64,000 nt of DNA. It comes from Eledone cirrhosa. Taxonomy: Eukaryota. The first letter of the stretch is position 1. Each line of letters opens with the position of its first letter. The position numbers and the translations under genes were made by a program. A model generated the notes under the pieces. It saw nothing but the letters and a program-made list of their open reading frames with translations. It did not search any database and was not told the DNA's origin. The stretch lies in NCBI GenBank assembly GCA_964016885.1, contig OZ024742.1:108128001-108192000 (forward strand), given 5' to 3'. Positions 58,920 to 64,000 of this stretch are shown piece after piece.

Positions 58920-59940
58920 GATTTGCTGCCTGATAACCCCTCAATGCTTGAAAGCATTAAAAATTACTCCAGCCGGGGGCACACGCAATGGCTATCGTTA
59001 TTAGTACAACTAAAAGACATCATGGTACATAAACCAAAGCCCCTCCCCCCGGCATACAGGAGGCGTTAAACAGGTTCGGTCAGATCAAAGGCACCCTCTT
59101 GCACCCATCACTATTGATCGCAAATATCTGAAATATGTGAGTTCCTTTATTTACCTTGGCAATAAGGTGTACAACTCTGCATCCCTAGATGATGAGATTG
59201 TTAATCGGATCTCCAAGGCAACTGATGCTTTTGGCAAACTACATCACCACCTATGGAGTGCCAGAGGTATATCCCCGAAAACAAAAGTTACAGTTTATCG
59301 TGCAGTGTTACTGACAATACTCTTATATGGCTCAGAGTCATGGACAATTTACCGCACTCACATACATAAGCTTGATGTCTTCTAAGAACGCTGTCTTCGC
59401 TCTATTTGTCGATATGCACTTTCTGACGGTCTCCAATGCCGAACTGTTCACAAGGTGCAACATTAGTGGGATTGAGTCATTTATGATTCAATCCCAATTC
59501 AGATGGGCTAGTCATGTCCTATGGATGTCTGACGACCCCACACCTAAGGTACTGTTGTACAGACAGCTCCAAGATGGTGTGCACATTTTGGGTAGGCCAC
59601 TACTCCGATGTAAGGACAAACTGAAGTTCAATCTTAAGTCTGTCAATGTACCTCTTTCTTCGTTTGAAGCCAAGACTGCCAACCGTAAAGACTGAGAACC
59701 GACTGCCACGAAGGTATAAAGAACTTTGAGAAATCTCATTTAGCCCACTTCTGTGAGATAAGATCTGACACCAGGGTCCGCTCAGGCATTCCAGCCTGCT
59801 CTGTTCAAGTTCCTGTTACCTGCACCAAATGCGGATTGATGTGTAAATCAGCAGCTGGATTGAAGTGCCATTTGAGGCATAAACATAAAACAATTAACTG
59901 TTGAACCCTCATACGCCGAATCGACGGGAAAGTCTATCAT
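58920..59940 (+). mobile_element. RTE-clade (BovB-like) LINE 3' fragment with C-terminal C2H2 finger
   Basis: FIYLG, RISKATDAFGKL, VYRAVLLTILLYGSESW, QFRWASHV, CTKCGLMCKSAAGLKCHLRHKH. Confidence 0.9.
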
Positions 59941-60299
59941 ATATATATTGATGAAAGGAATACAGAATTGGTAAACTAGCGGTTAAATGTACTTGCGCCA
60001 TTTAGTTACAGCTATTTAAGTTCCTTGTTGGAATATCCTTGTGGTATGGACTGTGGCCACTCCCTTTCCTCTTTTCGGTGTCGATAATCACATCACAGCT
60101 AAGTACTGGGTTTGATTTAATATACTGAACTTGGAAAGACTGTGACCTTGTGTCACTGTTACAAATCGATATTTATTAATGATGGTTTTTATTTCCCTTC
60201 GAATAATTCAATAATGCGATATAATCTATTTAAAAATATTTATCGATTTCTTTAAACAGAGGCAGGAGGCTCCAGACATCTAAATGATTTGAAATATAT

Positions 60300-60920
60300 T
60301 ATGTAGCGTGTGTGCATTTTCCACGTTTATGTAGCCTGGGTACTTCGCCATATTAATGTAGTGACGATGGCTTTGGCAGGATTGTATAACGTGTTTCCTT
60401 TAATACAATTATGTAGTTTATTCCACCATTTATGCAGCATGGCGTATGTTTTGCCAGGATTTATGTAGCGTGATGTGTGCCTTTACCAGGATTTGTGTAG
60501 CGTGATGTGTGCCTTTACCATGATTTATGTAGCGTGATGTGTGCCTTTACCAGGATTTGTGTAGCGTGATGTGTGCCTTTGCCAGGATTTATGTAGCGTG
60601 ATGTGTGCCTTTACCAGGATTTGTGTAGCGTGATGTGTGCCTTTACCATGATTTATGTAGCGTGATGTGTGCCTTTACCACGACTTATATAACATAGTGG
60701 CGCCTTTATCACAATTTATAGAGCGTGGTGGGTGCTTTTGCAGCGATTATGTAGTGTGTTTCTTTTCCAGTATAATGTAGCGATGTAAGTGCCTTTTCCG
60801 CGATTATGGAGCCTGTGTAATTTTTCATGGTCATGGAGCGTGGTGCGCGCTTCTTTTTGCGATTTATGTAGCGTGTGTATTTGCCACTATAACGTAGGTG
60901 CCTTTGCCCCAAATTATGTA
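60300..60920. repeat. 32-bp minisatellite (~7 near-perfect units at 60454-60680, degenerate flanks)
   Basis: Unit ccaggatttRtgtagcgtgatgtgtgccttta at 60454, 60486 and onward. Confidence 0.95.
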
Positions 60921-61189
60921 GTAGATTCGTTTGGCAAAGTTAAAACTATTAACGCTCTTTGATAAGAGCCTTAACAATTATAGAGCAATGGTTTGTGTTC
61001 GAAACACACTCTGTTCTCATATGGGAATGACTGTGTAGTATCTTAGACAGTGTTTTCTACGACAGCCTCGGGTTGGTAAATCATTGCGAAGAATATTTCG
61101 CATGTATATAACTATCATTGTAGTTTAAATGTTGACTGTTATATTATTTATGTTTAAATTATAACTGTTATATGATATTATATACATGT

Positions 61190-61520
61190 ATGTATGTATG
61201 TATGTTCTTCTGGTTTTATAATTTCACAAATTTTTGCCACTAGAGAGAAGTCGGTTTCTAACATAGTTACAAGACTCTCTCATCGGAATTTACACAACGC
61301 CAACTAGGTAGATATGTATGCATGTCTGCATGCATGCATGCATGTATGTGCAGGTATGGATGTTATTGTATGTGTGGATGTGGATGTTTTGAGTTGTATG
61401 TGTGCATGTGCATACGCTTTGCATCTGTACATGTGTATATGCAGTTATTAGATGCAAAATGTTTGGAATGTTTCACATATTTTTACTGTTCCATTAATGG
61501 AGTGTTCTTGTAATTTCCTA
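61190..61520 (-). mobile_element. R4/Dong-like element, extreme 3' end only
   Basis: Diverged copy of 62410-62720; flanked by TATG repeats. Confidence 0.8.
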
Positions 61521-61554
61521 TGTATATATGTATGTATGTTTATATGCATGTAAG

Positions 61555-61810
61555 TCAGTATAACCTGTCTCGTGGTCGGGTCGTCGGCGACTAAACCGGC
61601 AACGCCACTAAGCTTGCTTGGTGAGGAGGGTGATATTTGGACACTCTGCGAGATGAAATAGAAGACCCGGCAAGGGGCGGAGGAACTCAGCAGAGTCAAT
61701 GACCATCCAAATAGTATTTTTGTTTTACCTGGGAGTGAAAAGCCCCCAGTTGTTGTCACAACACCTTTCTAGGAGAGGGAAACGCTGAAAAAAAACCTGC
61801 GGCTTCAAGA
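61555..61810 (+). mobile_element. Second copy of the 26000-26430 element
   Basis: Direct sequence similarity. Confidence 0.7.
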
Positions 61811-61874
61811 GCAGGCTGTTCTGTTGATCGGATCAACTGGAACACTCGTTGTCGTAACCGACAGAATGCTTCCA

Positions 61875-62409
61875 TGTATGTATGTATGTATGTTTATCTC
61901 TTTCTCTTAATTTCGAGTATATTTTGACCGGCCACCTTCCTGGTGGCAAGGTTGTAAAAGAAAAGAAATTGTCATCCCTTGAATCGCAAGAATGTTTTGC
62001 AAATGTTGAAGGTGCCAGCTATCGCAGCCATTTGTAGACTATGAATTAGGGAGCTGCGCTCTTTGTCCGCAAATCCGAGTTCAGTTATACAATGGTTCAA
62101 GCGGGTTGGTATATAACCCGTAGCTCCAATAATGATGGGTATGAAGCTAAAGGTGTATCTTGGATACTGGATTTGTAAACTCCTCATCAATGGTCCGTAG
62201 ATGTCCTCTTTCTCCTGTATTTTTCTGACAACGTTTACATCAAATGGGCAGCTGATCTCCACAACAGAACACGTTTTCAATGTGTGGTCCCAAACAACAA
62301 TATCAGGCCGGTTGTGCTTTAATTTGGTGGCAGTTTTTATTTTCAGGTTCCACCAGTATTCTTTAGTGAAATCTGTCTCAATATATTCTTCCTCGTTTGT
62401 TTTTAATTT
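61875..62409 (-). mobile_element. R4/Dong-like element family 1, 3' fragment (restriction-like endonuclease)
   Basis: EYWWN..KHNRPDIVVWD..CSVVEISCPFD..IPIIIGATG; 3' end at (TACA)n. Confidence 0.85.
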
Positions 62410-64000
62410 TGTATGTATGTTCTTCTGGTTTTATAATTTCACAAAGTTTTACCAATAAAGAGAGTCGGTTTCTAACATAGACACAAGACTCTCTCATTGG
62501 AATTTACACATCAACTAGGTAGATATGTATGTATGCATGCATGTGTAGATATGGATGTTATTGTATGTGTGTATGTGTATGTTTTGAGTTGCATGTGTGC
62601 ATGTGTATATGCACATGTGTGCATCTGTACATGTGTATATGCAGTTATTAGATGCAACATTTTTGGAATGTTTTACATAATTTTACTGTTCCATTAATGG
62701 ATTGTACTTGTAATTTCCTAACTAGTTGTGTTCTTTCTGTTCTTGTGAAGCCTAGCTTCTCAAGATTTGTATTGAGGCAGTTACTAACATATCCCAGTGC
62801 CCCAATAATCACAGGCATAAATCTGAAGGTGTAATCAGGGTGGAGTATCTGCAGATTTCTCATCAGTTCTGCATAAATATTCTCCTTTTCACTAATCTTT
62901 GATATTATATTGGCATCTGCTGGGCAGTTAATTTCCACTACTGTGCATGCTTTCTTCTCCCTGTCGCATATCATAATATCTGGTCTGTTATGCCTGCATT
63001 TTATTGGGATTTTTACTGGAACATTCCACCAGTACTCTTTCATATTATGTACATGGATCTCTTCCACATTGCTGTAGCTTTTAATGTGTTTATTATCGGG
63101 GCTATCTTTTTTACGAACTGCATTGTACAGTGTTTTGGCCACTACATCATGCCTCATAGGTAGATAGTACCGCGATGGCATCTTTGGACAGCTGCTGATG
63201 ACATGGGTGATATCCTCGATGTTAGTTCTGCAGAGTCTGCATTTGTTATCACATCTAGGTGTTTTACCTGCACCCTATCTCTTTTGTGAATCAGGTATTT
63301 CATGTTAATCTCCTGTTCCTGGATTGCAAAAGCGTATACTTCAAAGTGGGAGCCAATATAGCGGCTGTTGGTCCAAGATAGACTACTTTCCTTATCTATA
63401 CTACTCTCCCCCTGGAGCTTCCTGGCAACATATCCATGCATGATTTTTTGCTGATAAGCATGCAGTTTTTCATCCATGGATTCACAGCGATACTGTTGAG
63501 CGACATCCGTGGGTGTGAGTTTTTGATTATCACACAGGGAATATCTCTCGAGGAGTTCCTTCCCAACTCTCATGATCTTATCTGTTTCATGCAGATAGAC
63601 TTGCTCGAGAAACGGGCTCCTACGCTTCGAGGTTCATAGATGTTGTAGGAGAGATATGATGCGACATTCAAATGTTGTCTGGACTGATGTTAGGCCTCTG
63701 CCTCCCTGCTTACGTTTCAAGTAAAGGCACTCTATGTCACTGTTGATGTGGAAGTTTCCGGTGTTGTTCAGTATTTTTCGAGTTCCAACATCAACTGCTT
63801 GGATTTCGTCTATCGTCCAATTGAGTATTCCAAACGTTGGTGTTAGGACAGGCACAGCAAACACATTGTGAGCCACTGTTTTGTTTTGCGCAGAGAGTTC
63901 CGATGACCAGATCTTTCTTAATTGGGTGTAGTATTCCTGGTTACGTGTTCTTTATTACAGATACCATTATAGGATATGTTCTCATCTATCCCCAGGTATC
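62410..64000 (-). mobile_element. R4/Dong-like element family 2, frameshifted, running off the window edge
   Basis: LYLKRKQGGRGL, AIQEQEI, CRLC..H..SSC zinc finger, RHDVVAK, HNRPDI..VEINCP, PVIIGALG. Confidence 0.9.

Overview
AT-rich, repeat-dominated eukaryotic DNA. It is probably a cephalopod (octopus-like), inferred only from SINE style and microsatellite load. No host gene can be identified; most ORF-track entries are translations of (TA)n/(CA)n/(GA)n tracts. Recognisable content: decayed non-LTR retrotransposons (RTE, CR1, CRE-like, R4/Dong-like, one near-full-length Tx1/L1-like element), Penelope-like element (PLE) GIY-YIG fragments, two tRNA-type SINE families and mariner relics. The main signal is a 4.4-kb array of apparently identical 311-bp non-coding units (21461-25860). 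Each complete unit carries a type I hammerhead ribozyme (HHR), 14 in total, arranged as two divergent blocks inside a (TA)n tract; this looks like a retrozyme/circular-RNA element. About ten other unrelated inserts in (TA)n tracts, many with HHRs, share the same two-arm, both-3'-ends-outward geometry as the PLE at 55700-58499. That suggests a PLE-driven, (TA)n-targeted system of ribozyme-bearing non-autonomous RNAs. All calls were made by eye; no searches or folding programs were run, and boundaries of decayed elements are approximate.
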